Source: a virus
Lineage: Duplodnaviria; Caudoviricetes
Length of the DNA stretch: 64,000 bases
Virus record (IMG/VR): IMGVR_UViG_3300013105_000005
Coordinates: 1 to 64,000 of that record
Reading direction: 5' to 3' (one strand)
Below, piece by piece: positions 47,391 to 57,150 of this stretch (position 1 is the stretch's first letter; each line of letters opens with the position of its first letter). The translations under genes and the position numbers were made by a program. The notes below the pieces were generated by a model that was not told where the DNA came from, did no database searches, and saw only the letters and a program-made list of their open reading frames with translations.

Positions 47391-47840
47391 TCAGGTCCGG
47401 CATGGTGACTCCTTCGCGATATAGATTAGTGCGGCGCGACATATCGCCAGTGGTAATGTTTCCCCGTCTAAAACTTCCCCGCCAAAATCGCAGGCCCAGA
47501 AGTTCGGCTCCAACTTGTCGAACTGGATGAACACGGAGTACCCCCTCTTCATCATCGCCTCCACAACGCCGAACGCCGCGGCTATGTCGCTCGACACCTT
47601 CGGCGCTTCCACCCACCCACTGAATGTCCAGTCCTTAAACCTTTCGGACTCGTCAGGCCATCCGGCAAACGGTCCGTGTGTGCCGTCTTCTACGGACGGA
47701 TGATTCGGTGGAACCAGCGAGCACGCCTTAGCCTGCTTGTACAGCCACCAGCGCCAGCCGCAGACGTGGACGAGCACGCGGGCGTCAAGCTCGCGCCCGG
47801 CTGGCATGGCTTCGATTTGGGCGGGGGTGAGGTCGGTCAT
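47391..47840 (-). CDS. phage ABA-sandwich-like protein
   Basis: AGRELDARV...SSDIAAAFGVVE...LPLAICRAAL. Confidence 0.7.
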   Translation of the reverse strand: MTDLTPAQIEAMPAGRELDARVLVHVCGWRWWLYKQAKACSLVPPNHPSVEDGTHGPFAGWPDESERFKDWTFSGWVEAPKVSSDIAAAFGVVEAMMKRGYSVFIQFDKLEPNFWACDFGGEVLDGETLPLAICRAALIYIAKESPCRT

Positions 47841-48075
47841 CGTGTTCCTTTTTCCGCTGCCAGCCCCGGATTCAAGATCACCAGATTCCGGCACGCATGA
47901 ACGAACTGCTCGCGCGACATCAACCCATCGCGCCATTCCAGCGTCAGTTGCATCAGCGTCGCGTTCCCGCTCCGCACTGCCTTCGCCGGGTCAATCCCAG
48001 CTTCGCGCATCGCGGCGATGGCAATGTCCGCCACTCGGTTGCGGATTTCGATGGTCTGTCTGGGCAGGCGTTCGG

Positions 48076-48291
48076 TCATGCTATCAATCCCAACTGCGCC
48101 AGCCGCAGTGTCATCCGCTCTGGCTCAACCTGATACTTCTGCGCCAGCGTGCGCACCATGTCCTCGAACCCGATCTTTGCGCCACGGTATTCTGCCACGT
48201 CGGCGCGCAAGAAGTTCTCAGGCATCAGCAGGCACATCGCGAAGTAATTAGCTTCGCGGTCCTGATCGGTTGTGTCGATTTCGTCGCTCAC
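48076..48291 (-). CDS. small ImmA/IrrE-like C-terminal fragment
   Basis: DREANYFAMCLLMP...LAQKYQV...RL..LG; no HEXXH. Confidence 0.55.
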   Translation of the reverse strand: MSDEIDTTDQDREANYFAMCLLMPENFLRADVAEYRGAKIGFEDMVRTLAQKYQVEPERMTLRLAQLGLIA

Positions 48292-48469
48292 GCCGCCTCT
48301 TTCCTTTTCCGAATCTTCTTCGCATCAAGCCGCGTCAGTTGAAACTTGTCGGTCGCTCTCCACTCCCACAGCGGCACCGGCGCGAGAGGCGGAAGGGTGC
48401 CGCCTTGCGCTAGGTACATCGCCCGTTCGGGAGGGCTGAGCGTTCGGAGGATGCGGGCGATTTCTGGGG

Positions 48470-48811
48470 TCACTTTGGCATCACGGTATTGACCGAAAAA
48501 TCTGCGGCGTCTTTGCGTTTTGCCAGCGCGATATCCAGCCTGCCGCCGATTCGGCACCCTTCGGCCTTGTGCGGCGAATCCGGGTCTGCGGGAATTCCTG
48601 CTTCGTCCAGCCGCTGATGCACGTAGGCTTTGAACTTGGAGAGCGCATCGACGCTCACGCGCAGATCGGCAATCTGCGCATCCCGCCACGCCAATTCTGC
48701 GGCAATCTCCGACTTCCCGAACAGGTTCTCGGTGGTCATGTGGTCGAGGTGGCGCATGTAGTGACCGGACAGTCGGTCGCTTTCGATATCGCGCTGGGCG
48801 TAGATTTTCAT
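48470..48811 (-). CDS. conserved hypothetical phage protein
   Basis: MTTENLFGKSEIAAELAWRD; FKAYVHQRLDEAGIP. Confidence 0.6.
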   Translation of the reverse strand: MKIYAQRDIESDRLSGHYMRHLDHMTTENLFGKSEIAAELAWRDAQIADLRVSVDALSKFKAYVHQRLDEAGIPADPDSPHKAEGCRIGGRLDIALAKRKDAADFSVNTVMPK

Positions 48812-49080
48812 CGTGTCCTCATTTCATAATGATTTCTGCACGCCTTCTTTGCTGCCGATAGGGACATTGCCGGTTCCCCAGCGATCGCTGTATTGCGCCC
48901 ATCGTCGCTGGCCCAGTGCCACCCATTTGCGCGGGGAAGCCGAAACACAGTGCCCCTGACACTATTAACCACGACATATTGAAAGCCGTGATTCCCGTTT
49001 GCCATTTGGGCGCGACGCCATCCATCCACTGAAGTCATGGCTCGAAATATTTCCGCGTTTATCTTTGCGTTCTTTTTCAT
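48808..49080 (-). CDS. hypothetical protein
   Basis: ATGA coupling. Confidence 0.5.
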   Translation of the reverse strand: MKKNAKINAEIFRAMTSVDGWRRAQMANGNHGFQYVVVNSVRGTVFRLPRANGWHWASDDGRNTAIAGEPAMSLSAAKKACRNHYEMRTR

Positions 49081-49123
49081 GCTGCCTCCAGGGCTTCAAC
49101 GTCGCGTTGTGCGTATTGCTTCA

Positions 49124-49456
49124 TTAGCCGATCATCCTTTCCACAATGGGGTCGATGTATCCGCGAAGCTGCGACCAGCCGCGCTCGCGCAGGCGAATTG
49201 CCTCTGCGGTCGTCAGATTTCGCACCTTGTTGTAAGGCTCATAACACACAAACGAATGGCCGCACTTCCTGCAAAACCCGAGTCTTGCCCTGCGATCTGG
49301 TTCATCCGACAGAACATAATTTTCAACTTGGTGTCGTGGTTTGGCGGCGTGCCTGTCGATAAACTGATGCCCGCAGGCGCACTTGCTCCCCGGCTCCGTC
49401 CTTCGGCAGCCGACGATGCGTTCGAGTTCGGCGAGGGCTAGTTGCGAGGGGGTCAT
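49124..49456 (-). CDS. hypothetical Zn-binding protein
   Basis: CACG and CRKC motifs. Confidence 0.5.
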   Translation of the reverse strand: MTPSQLALAELERIVGCRRTEPGSKCACGHQFIDRHAAKPRHQVENYVLSDEPDRRARLGFCRKCGHSFVCYEPYNKVRNLTTAEAIRLRERGWSQLRGYIDPIVERMIG

Positions 49457-49703
49457 AAAATATCCACGATGACAGGCATCCGACTTCTATCAGCGCGTCT
49501 CACGACGTGGCCTGGCGTGACCTTAGCAATGCCTTTTAGAGCCTAATCGCGGGGATCGCCGACCCGCATTATCGCCCGAGTGTGCATTGCCGTTTCGGCT
49601 TTGTCTTTAGAGCTTGCCGCCGAGTCACCAACGGTCGAAGGAAGGCCGATGCCCACTTCATTGCCGTGGTCGAGCGGGGCTAAACCTGTCATCGTGTTTT
49701 GGT

Positions 49704-49895
49704 TCATGTCACATCCTTAAATCGTTCGTCCTTCGGCTTCCCCTCGACCAGCTTCGACGGAAGGCACAGGTTCACGAGTTTTGATCCGCTGGCGATGCGG
49801 TACTCAATCGCCGCCTCTCCGTAAATCCACGTACCGTCCGGCAGGCATTTGGCCTGCGATAAAAGACGGCGTTCGGCTCGTTCAAGCTCAGTCAT
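49704..49895 (-). CDS. small protein, paralog of 49888..50016
   Basis: LPDGTWIYG motif. Confidence 0.55.
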   Translation of the reverse strand: MTELERAERRLLSQAKCLPDGTWIYGEAAIEYRIASGSKLVNLCLPSKLVEGKPKDERFKDVT

Positions 49896-50016
49896 CTGTT
49901 ACATCCTTAAATTGTGTCCGCCACGCCATCGCGGCCGCGCCGTAGAGCCAGGTGCCGTCGGGGAGCAGCACGGCTTGCATGAGGAGGCGCGATGTACATC
50001 TCTCACTTTCAGTCAC
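49888..50016 (-). CDS. small protein (42 aa), paralog of 49704..49895
   Basis: Translated by hand; LPDGTWLYG motif; AAAGGA RBS. Confidence 0.5.
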   Translation of the reverse strand: MTESERCTSRLLMQAVLLPDGTWLYGAAAMAWRTQFKDVTDD

Positions 50017-50413
50017 AGGTCACTTATCCTTTCTTCCCCTAAAGCATCGAAGGGGAAAGACTCTCACATCTACAAGTACGCCACACCCAACACTTCCTTC
50101 GCGCTGATCCAGACTCTTACAAACTCGCGAGAACCGCTCGCTTGACGCACCGACCCCGCTGAAAGCGAAGTCGATGCGACAATACATATGCCGCCGGGAG
50201 GTGATTTATTGGTTTCGCAGTTACTCCCGGTTTCACCCGTCAACTGCGCTGCGGTTCGTGTAGCCGTCTGGATCGTCGTCACCTTCACGGCATCCGCAGT
50301 ACGCCCGCTTCAACCACTTCGCGTACAGGCGGGTTGCTGCCCTCGTGCCTCAGCACTGTTTGATCGCGGCGCATTCGTGGCGAGAACGTGGCGCGCCGCT
50401 GATTGGGAGATTG

Positions 50414-51397
50414 TCAGACGGTTGGCAATCTCCTTTCGGTTTTCACTCTTTCCGCCAGACGCTTTCGCGCTCTGGCAATCCATGCCCAGTTGATAAGCGG
50501 CGCGGCCATCAACTCCGCCAAGAGCCGTGCCATGTCGCCGCCCTTGTTTTTCCACTCGCGCAAATCCTTGTCGGGCTTCGGCGTCAACATGAATTTGGCT
50601 TTCCCGGCTTCCGGCAAGATCGCCTCGGCCAGTTCCACTGCGCCCTCGATGCCCGGCCAGTATGGCGTCCCGTTGGGCATGTACTTCGTGCGGTCGTTGT
50701 CGGCGACCACGATTACGATTTGCTTGGGAAGCTCGTGCAACAGTTCCTTGGCGTACCCAGATCCCGCCTTGTTGCTCGGGCGCCCGACGGCCATCAGGCC
50801 GAAGTCGTAGGCCGTCATGGCGTCGGTCAGACCCTCAGGGAGCATCAGGAGCCAGGGCATCGGATCGTCGCTCACTTCGGCGGGAATTGGCTTGGGGTCG
50901 TAATCGCCGGGGATGAACAAACCAAGCTGCGAACCGGGCACGCACCATTTCTTGCCGGCACCGTCGCGCAGATGAATGCCGATGATATTTCGTTTGCCAT
51001 CGTACATCGGGAATGACCACGCCCCGCGTTCGGTGTCCCAGCCCACTCCGTACGCTTTCAGTGCCTTGACCGACACGCCCAGCGAAGTCGCAAACTTCGT
51101 TAGCCGTTGCGGGTTTACCGCCGTCTTGTGCGATTTAAGGATGGATGCGATTTCCGATTTGGTCAGGCGCGCCCGTTGCGCCTTGGCTTTCAGCTTGTCG
51201 GCCTTGCCGGTTTTCGCCGATGAATGCAGGTAGGCTATCGAGCCGTCTTTCTGCTTGATCGGGCGATCTGATATCGCTCTCATGCACTTGATGATTAGGC
51301 CATCCGCCGATGCGGTACACCATCCGCCCTTGTGTCCGCAGGCCGGGCACTCGCCTTTGATTTCGCACCACTTCGCAGCCGGGGGAGTAATGGTCAT
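50414..51397 (-). CDS. DNA primase (Zn finger plus TOPRIM)
   Basis: CPACGHKGGWC; PEGLTDAMTA; ADND; KDLREW. Confidence 0.8.
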   Translation of the reverse strand: MTITPPAAKWCEIKGECPACGHKGGWCTASADGLIIKCMRAISDRPIKQKDGSIAYLHSSAKTGKADKLKAKAQRARLTKSEIASILKSHKTAVNPQRLTKFATSLGVSVKALKAYGVGWDTERGAWSFPMYDGKRNIIGIHLRDGAGKKWCVPGSQLGLFIPGDYDPKPIPAEVSDDPMPWLLMLPEGLTDAMTAYDFGLMAVGRPSNKAGSGYAKELLHELPKQIVIVVADNDRTKYMPNGTPYWPGIEGAVELAEAILPEAGKAKFMLTPKPDKDLREWKNKGGDMARLLAELMAAPLINWAWIARARKRLAERVKTERRLPTV

Positions 51398-54123
51398 GCT
51401 GCACCTGCAACTTCCTTGGCGCTTTCGATGGCGCGGCTGGCGGCATCGAAGTTCATCAATGAAATGGTTTCGGCTGAATACCCCAGGTAACGGAGATACT
51501 TGGCCTGCCCCGTCGTACAGCGTTCAGACTTAAGCTTTTCGATTACTGCCGATGCTTGGCGCTTGCTGAATGCGCCGGCGGCTTCACGCTTCACGCCCAG
51601 TTTCACCAGCAACTCAACCTGCTTATCACTCGACCCGCCCGACGTGGCGGCGAACTTCCGCGCCGGCCCGATATCGTGCGGGTCCATCGCGTTAATTTCT
51701 GTCATGTCGTAGCTGGTGGTAGCGACCAACGCGGCGCGCCGTGCGGCTTCGGCGTTTCGCTTCTTCGCTTCCTCGGCAAGCAGTTGCTCGTATTCTTCCT
51801 GCTCGCGCATCGCTTTGACTTGGCGCTCTTCGTCAATCTCAAGTTCCGCCTGCTGTAACGCCGCTTCTACATCGACGGCTTCCTGCTGCGCCAGCAGCTT
51901 GGCCCGCTCGATAACCTGATCGTCGTAGCGTTCATCGCCAAGAATATCGGCGGTCGAAATGAGCTTGTGCCGCCCGGCGTTGCCGACGAAATCCAAAATC
52001 TCACAATTCGAAACTAAGAGACCCTCGACAGTGAAGCGATGGCGGGGTCCGGCGTTAATGATGTCGAATACGCGAGCTTTCCTTTGTATGGGCCTCGCGG
52101 ACGGTGATTCCGAATAATCTGCTCGAAAGATATTCCGCGACCGAGAAGTCTCCTCAAGTGATCGTCCGAGAATCCAGCAAAGGGAAACATCAGTCTGAAT
52201 CTGTGAATCATTGGAGTGATGCGCTTCCCGCGTTGGTTGTTGCACTGGATGGTCCTTGTGGCCCATCGCAGGTTCCCAGGCTCGTAGTGCCTGTTGTTGT
52301 CGATCCGATCGATTTGCATATTGCGGCGCAGGCCGAGATTTACTTGAATCCAAATTGCCATTTCGAGCGGGGAGGCGAAGCGAAATTGAATGCCTCTGCC
52401 CCCGTAATGCGCAAAAACATCCGAGTTTGGATTCACGCATCGATTCTTCGCCAGATTGCATCGCCGGATTAGCCACGGCGGAGCGTTCTGTGGACTGCCG
52501 CATTTGCGACACCCCGCAGTATTTTTTTTCAAGCTTTGTATCTCTTTCAGTTCCTCTTTCCCGCAGAACGTGCATCTTGTCAGCAGAAATGCGCGGGTCG
52601 ATTTCCGTACAATGTTTCCGTTCACAACGATCAGCTTCCCGCACCGCCTGCCCTCCCACTCCGGTAACACAGATGGGAATTTGTTGGGCGGCACACTCCC
52701 CAAACGTCTTCCGCATTTTAAGTGGGGACGATTTACCGGTCTGGTCATAGACGTATACCTCGTGGTCGGGAGTTGCGGTCAATCCCGCGTAATCAATTAC
52801 CCCTTGTTTGCCACGAAATATACTACCACCACAAGATACAAATTCAATCCCATCCCATACAAGCATCTTGTCTGTCACGAATTCGATAGGAACCAATCCG
52901 ACGTTAGTTAAGACTCTTTGTCCCTCAGCGATGCAACTGGGTTTTTGGCTTGATGCGATGAGCGAGCGACGACCGGATGCTTCGGCGATATCCCCAAGCC
53001 GATGCGCAATGGAATCTTGCGGTCGCGTACCACGTCCGGCCATCTGCGCATACAAAGCGCGGCTCTTGGTCGGACGAGCCATAACGACAAGCTCGATGCC
53101 AGGATCATCGAAGCCTTCGGTAGCCACGCCAACATTAACAAGAATGGAAAATCTGTTTTTTGCGTAGTCCGCGAGCATGTCCCGGCGAGTCTGCTTGGCG
53201 GTTTCGCCGCAGACGAACCGCGCGCACCCGTCCACCCAACGATTGAAGATTTCCGCCAGCCGCTCAGCCTGCGCCACCGACACGGTGAACACCAGCGTCT
53301 TGCGCATCTTGCGCCCGGCCATCATCGCGGCGAGTTTTTCCTGCCGTTTATCATCGTCCTTCAACGCCGCAAGAGATCCCGGTTCAAGATTGGCGGCGCG
53401 TTCGATGGTCGCATGGGCGACAGGATGCAGCGACGATTCAAACTCCATGACGGCGGCAAGGTCCGCCTGATTCAAGTCATTACCAACGGTGCGGCACTTG
53501 CTGAAATCCAAGCCAGCCACAGCGACCGAAAACTGTCGAACTGGAACAAGCCAGCCATCGCGGATCGCGGAATGCAGGTCGTAATTGAAGGCAACAGTAT
53601 CAAAGACGCTGCCAAGTCCTTCCCCGTCGCCACGATCGCCAGTCGCCGTCACACCCAAAACGCGAAGATCGGGATTGGTGCGGAAGTGGTCAACCACTCG
53701 CCGGTAACTTGCGGCAACCGAATGATGAGCTTCGTCGATGACCAGCAGCGCGAAGTCGTTGGGATTGAATCGGTGCATGCGCTTGCCATCGTCCAACGAT
53801 GCGTTTTGCGTCTGCACTGACGAGATGATGAAGTTTGCCGCCCAGGGCGAATGCTCCGGAAGTGTTGCCCACTGCGAGGCCATTTCGATATCGACGCCCT
53901 CGCCGGTGACGGCCTTGATCTTGTCGGCGGCTTGGTAAATCAGTTCCTCGCGATGCGCCAGTACCAGCACGCGGCCACGCGATGAAAACTCTTTGGCGAC
54001 GTGGGCAAACACTACCGTCTTGCCGGTGCCCGTCGGCAAGGTCACGATTGTTGATATGCGCCCGCCAGCAAACTCACGATGCACGGCGTCATAGGCGGAC
54101 TGCTGGTAAGGTCGTAGTTTCAT
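51394..54123 (-). CDS. SF2 DEAD/DEAH-like helicase containing an intein
   Basis: LPTGTGKT, IDEAHH, GVTATG, EGFD, QMAGRGTR, LDFVGN. Confidence 0.92.
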   Translation of the reverse strand: MKLRPYQQSAYDAVHREFAGGRISTIVTLPTGTGKTVVFAHVAKEFSSRGRVLVLAHREELIYQAADKIKAVTGEGVDIEMASQWATLPEHSPWAANFIISSVQTQNASLDDGKRMHRFNPNDFALLVIDEAHHSVAASYRRVVDHFRTNPDLRVLGVTATGDRGDGEGLGSVFDTVAFNYDLHSAIRDGWLVPVRQFSVAVAGLDFSKCRTVGNDLNQADLAAVMEFESSLHPVAHATIERAANLEPGSLAALKDDDKRQEKLAAMMAGRKMRKTLVFTVSVAQAERLAEIFNRWVDGCARFVCGETAKQTRRDMLADYAKNRFSILVNVGVATEGFDDPGIELVVMARPTKSRALYAQMAGRGTRPQDSIAHRLGDIAEASGRRSLIASSQKPSCIAEGQRVLTNVGLVPIEFVTDKMLVWDGIEFVSCGGSIFRGKQGVIDYAGLTATPDHEVYVYDQTGKSSPLKMRKTFGECAAQQIPICVTGVGGQAVREADRCERKHCTEIDPRISADKMHVLRERGTERDTKLEKKYCGVSQMRQSTERSAVANPAMQSGEESMRESKLGCFCALRGQRHSISLRLPARNGNLDSSKSRPAPQYANRSDRQQQALRAWEPAMGHKDHPVQQPTREAHHSNDSQIQTDVSLCWILGRSLEETSRSRNIFRADYSESPSARPIQRKARVFDIINAGPRHRFTVEGLLVSNCEILDFVGNAGRHKLISTADILGDERYDDQVIERAKLLAQQEAVDVEAALQQAELEIDEERQVKAMREQEEYEQLLAEEAKKRNAEAARRAALVATTSYDMTEINAMDPHDIGPARKFAATSGGSSDKQVELLVKLGVKREAAGAFSKRQASAVIEKLKSERCTTGQAKYLRYLGYSAETISLMNFDAASRAIESAKEVAGAA
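52006..52935 (-). mobile_element. 310-aa intein (C1...SN|C)
   Basis: CIAEGQRVLT block A, TPDHEV block B, VFDI...FTVEGLLVSN block F/G, +1 Cys. Confidence 0.88.
52014..52748 (-). CDS. HNH homing endonuclease overprinted inside the intein in an alternative frame
   Basis: RCVNPN...YGGRGI...IDRIDNNRHYEPGNLRWAT...NNQR; GAGGT RBS 8 nt upstream. Confidence 0.85.
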   Translation of the reverse strand: MTRPVNRPHLKCGRRLGSVPPNKFPSVLPEWEGRRCGKLIVVNGNIVRKSTRAFLLTRCTFCGKEELKEIQSLKKNTAGCRKCGSPQNAPPWLIRRCNLAKNRCVNPNSDVFAHYGGRGIQFRFASPLEMAIWIQVNLGLRRNMQIDRIDNNRHYEPGNLRWATRTIQCNNQRGKRITPMIHRFRLMFPFAGFSDDHLRRLLGRGISFEQIIRNHRPRGPYKGKLAYSTSLTPDPAIASLSRVS

Positions 54124-55100
54124 GCCGCCCCCTTGCTCGTGCGCATCTCACGCGGCGCGCTGGTGTAGATGGATTCGCAGACCCAGCCCAGCCCCTTGCA
54201 GGCATTGCATTCTTCGCGCTTCGTCGCCTTGCCCTTGCAGTACGGGCAGACCGCGTGCGGCTTGCCGAATCGCACCGCTTCGTATGCGTTATGTACGTCG
54301 GCCTCGAACTGCTGTAGCCGGATGTAGCTGGCGGGAGCGCCGAGATTCTTGATGACTGATTTGACCCGGCGCAGGTCATTCATCGCTTGCTTGAAAACAT
54401 CGCTGGAAGCGAACGCTTCGCGGATGTTGGCGCGATCGGGAAGTGGCTGGTCCAGCATGTCCACTGGCGGCGGTGCCGCTTTCTCGTCGTCTTTGCCATC
54501 AAGAATTTCCTTCGCCTTTTTTGGATTGGTGTCAACTACCTTGGCGGCTTTGATAACCCGATTCTTCGGCGGCGCCTTACCAGCGATGGCTTTATCCCCA
54601 ATTTCCTTGTCAATCTTTTTTACCTTTTCGACCGCTTCGGCAAATTCACCGTCCCTGCGAATCGTCCTTTCTGTCACGCCAAATTCTTCGGCAAGTTTCT
54701 GCGAAGTTTTCAAGTGGACATTTTGTCCACTTGAACTTTTGTCTCTTGCCCCGCCATGCCCTTTACTTGTCTGGTTGTAAATTGAACCCCTGATAATACT
54801 GGCCTGATCCGGCGACAGATTGCGCCGCCCAAGTTGGGTTTTCTTCACCCATATTTCGGCATCATTCCGTTCTGTGAAACTGATTTCCTTGACCCGATAT
54901 CCGATCCCCAGGCGGTCCCCGATTTCCTTCCGGTTGTGGCCGTCCAGAAGGATTCGCTTTTCCTTCCAAACAATCAATGGCGACAGGATTTCCTTGTCGG
55001 CCTTAATATTTTCTTCCAGTGTTGCTCGCTCGTCATCGGTGAGCGGCGGTATCATCGACCGGATATCAACGTCGATGATGATGTTGTCTTCCTTGCCCAT
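54120..55100 (-). CDS. ParB-like N-domain phage protein with C-terminal Zn finger
   Basis: PPLTDDE...LEENI...LLDGHNR...QLGRRNL; CPYC...CNAC. Confidence 0.75.
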   Translation of the reverse strand: MGKEDNIIIDVDIRSMIPPLTDDERATLEENIKADKEILSPLIVWKEKRILLDGHNRKEIGDRLGIGYRVKEISFTERNDAEIWVKKTQLGRRNLSPDQASIIRGSIYNQTSKGHGGARDKSSSGQNVHLKTSQKLAEEFGVTERTIRRDGEFAEAVEKVKKIDKEIGDKAIAGKAPPKNRVIKAAKVVDTNPKKAKEILDGKDDEKAAPPPVDMLDQPLPDRANIREAFASSDVFKQAMNDLRRVKSVIKNLGAPASYIRLQQFEADVHNAYEAVRFGKPHAVCPYCKGKATKREECNACKGLGWVCESIYTSAPREMRTSKGAA

Positions 55101-55814
55101 AACCCGCGCTCCGTCCCGTAGACTTCCTTCCCCCGCCGCGCCATCCCCAACTCACGCCGCGCCTTCCTCAAAAATGTTCACCGCACCGGAGTTTTGGCCT
55201 ACTGCTATGGCGCTCGCGCCGGTCGCCAGCCTAGCTCCATCGTCGGATCAAACCTGCGAACGGCGCTATCCGACGTGTGCGATGAACAGTTCATCGCCTC
55301 ACCTTGGCCTTCCGCGCCACCCGTCCCGCGCCGCCGCACTGGTAGCACGACACCCACGCGCGGCACACATTCACCCAGCCGCTTCCCCGGCACCTCGGAC
55401 ATTTCGCAAGGGCGGGTGGTTTTGTCGCCGTCATGCTCCGCCCTCCAACTGAATCAGCGTTTCCGAATCGCAGTAGATCGTCCCTTCGTGCCCTTCCTCG
55501 CACTTCCACGTATCGCCGCAGTAGGCGTACGGCGGCATTTGCCCTTCGCCGATATCCCCGGTGTCCTGCTGCGAGCACGCCGTCAGGATTTGCACCGGGA
55601 AGCCGCACATGGGGCATTCGTCGTGCGGGTAATCCAGCCACTGCGGGGATGGTTTGGCTGAAGTCATTTGCATCCTCAATTCGTCGTCCACAACACCACC
55701 GCGTTCACATCCATCCCACCGTCCGAGTCTCCAATCGGCCCGCTCCACGTCGTTTTCGGTTCGTACTTCTCAACGCTGATTGCCCCGCCGTCCGGGTCGC
55801 TTGTCCGGCGACGG

Positions 55815-56840
55815 TCATGCGGTTGCTCCGGTTGCGATAAAATCAAACAGTGGTGAATCTGATTCGCCCTTGAGACAATGCGAACTGAACCAAACGCGCT
55901 CCCTGCTCCGGTTCAACTGCGCCTGTGTTTCATCGTCGGCAGTAACCGAATATCCCCCGGCGGTTTTCCACTCATGGACCGCCCAATCGTCTGGCATGAC
56001 GTGCTGGCCTTCGTACCCGCAAAGTGCAATTCGCATCAGCGGGTTTGCGCCGTTGCTGATTGCCCATTCGCGCACGGCGGACGCAATTCCGGTGCAGCGG
56101 TTTCCGCCGACGGCGTAATCAAGCTCTCCCTCACCGTAGGGCGGATCGAGCAACACGCCGGTCATGCCGTGGCGGAAGGTGATGCTTGGCGTCAGTACGC
56201 GCGTCCAATCACCGCAGGCCACGCGAACACGACGGAGCCGGTCGGATAGATCGTGAAGGTAGGCGGCAACACCCTTCCCCGCGTCGCCCAGGTGCGGGAG
56301 TTTCCTATTGACACCCTTCCCCGCGTCGCCCAGGTGCGGGAGTTGGCGATTGATGCCCTGTCCCGCGTTGCGCAGTTCCCAGCCGTTTTCGGTGACGCGC
56401 CATGGTCCTTCTCCTGAACACCACCCCGAACCGATCCAAGCACACGCGCCCCATACCCACCATCCGGCAATCTTGGCGTCGTAGCCTTCTGGCTCAACCA
56501 GCAACTTCCCCAGCTTCTTCGCGCCATCGGTGATGAGCCAGAAGTGGCGGGACTCGAGGTCGCATTCATTCACCGGCCAATCAGCATGAGCCGCAACGGA
56601 GTCCGGGTCAGCTTGGACCGCGCGCCAGAAGTTGCAGATGAATCGGTCGGCGTCGTTGACGGTTTCAATCTTCGGCTCATGCGGCCGCGCCAGCAGGACA
56701 GCGAGCGATCCGCAGAACGGGTCAACAAAGTTGTCAACGTCGCCGAACCGCCGCCAGATTTCTTCCGCGACCCGGCTCTTTCCGCCGAAGTACGGGTATG
56801 GAGATTTCAGTGGCGATGCTGGTGCAGCTTCGGCTCTCAT
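55815..56840 (-). CDS. D12-class DNA adenine methyltransferase
   Basis: YFGGKS, DPFCGS, LDPPY; ATGA-coupled start at 56840. Confidence 0.88.
   Translation of the reverse strand: MRAEAAPASPLKSPYPYFGGKSRVAEEIWRRFGDVDNFVDPFCGSLAVLLARPHEPKIETVNDADRFICNFWRAVQADPDSVAAHADWPVNECDLESRHFWLITDGAKKLGKLLVEPEGYDAKIAGWWVWGACAWIGSGWCSGEGPWRVTENGWELRNAGQGINRQLPHLGDAGKGVNRKLPHLGDAGKGVAAYLHDLSDRLRRVRVACGDWTRVLTPSITFRHGMTGVLLDPPYGEGELDYAVGGNRCTGIASAVREWAISNGANPLMRIALCGYEGQHVMPDDWAVHEWKTAGGYSVTADDETQAQLNRSRERVWFSSHCLKGESDSPLFDFIATGATA
56269..56344. repeat. 42-nt period tandem repeat in methylase (LPHLGDAGKGV twice)
   Basis: Identical 34-nt copies at 56269 and 56311. Confidence 0.85.
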
Positions 56841-57082
56841 GCCTTCCTCTTGTTCCAGACGGCCAACGCCTTCTCTTCCGCCTCCGCCGACGTGTTCCCG
56901 CAAATGCTCTCGGTCCTGATGCCGCACTTGCTGCATTTGACGCAGGCAACGAAATCGCCGTCGCGAGGTGGCCTATCTCTGTGCTGCCGTTGCATGAACT
57001 GTTGCGGGAGCGGCGCAACCACAACCTGCGCTTTCTCTCCGCAATGGGCACATGGTTTTGCTTTGTTCATGGCACTTCCCAA
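56837..57082 (-). CDS. Lar-like Zn-ribbon protein
   Basis: KPCAHCG...CSKCG...A...WNKR. Confidence 0.65.
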   Translation of the reverse strand: MGSAMNKAKPCAHCGEKAQVVVAPLPQQFMQRQHRDRPPRDGDFVACVKCSKCGIRTESICGNTSAEAEEKALAVWNKRKA

Positions 57083-57120
57083 CCGCGCTCCCCGCCGCGA
57101 AGCGGAAAAGCGAGTGCGTA

Positions 57121-57150
57121 AAAAGGGCCGCCCTGCCCCGGCAAGGGCGG
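57121..57150 (-). terminator. intrinsic terminator (minus strand)
   Basis: CCGCCCT...AGGGCGG hairpin followed by TTTT on minus. Confidence 0.5.

Noticed and set aside
55100-55430. Second 5-nt periodic array in a C-rich stretch
   Set aside because: No stable phase on inspection; the region is explained by a small CxxC gene on the minus strand.
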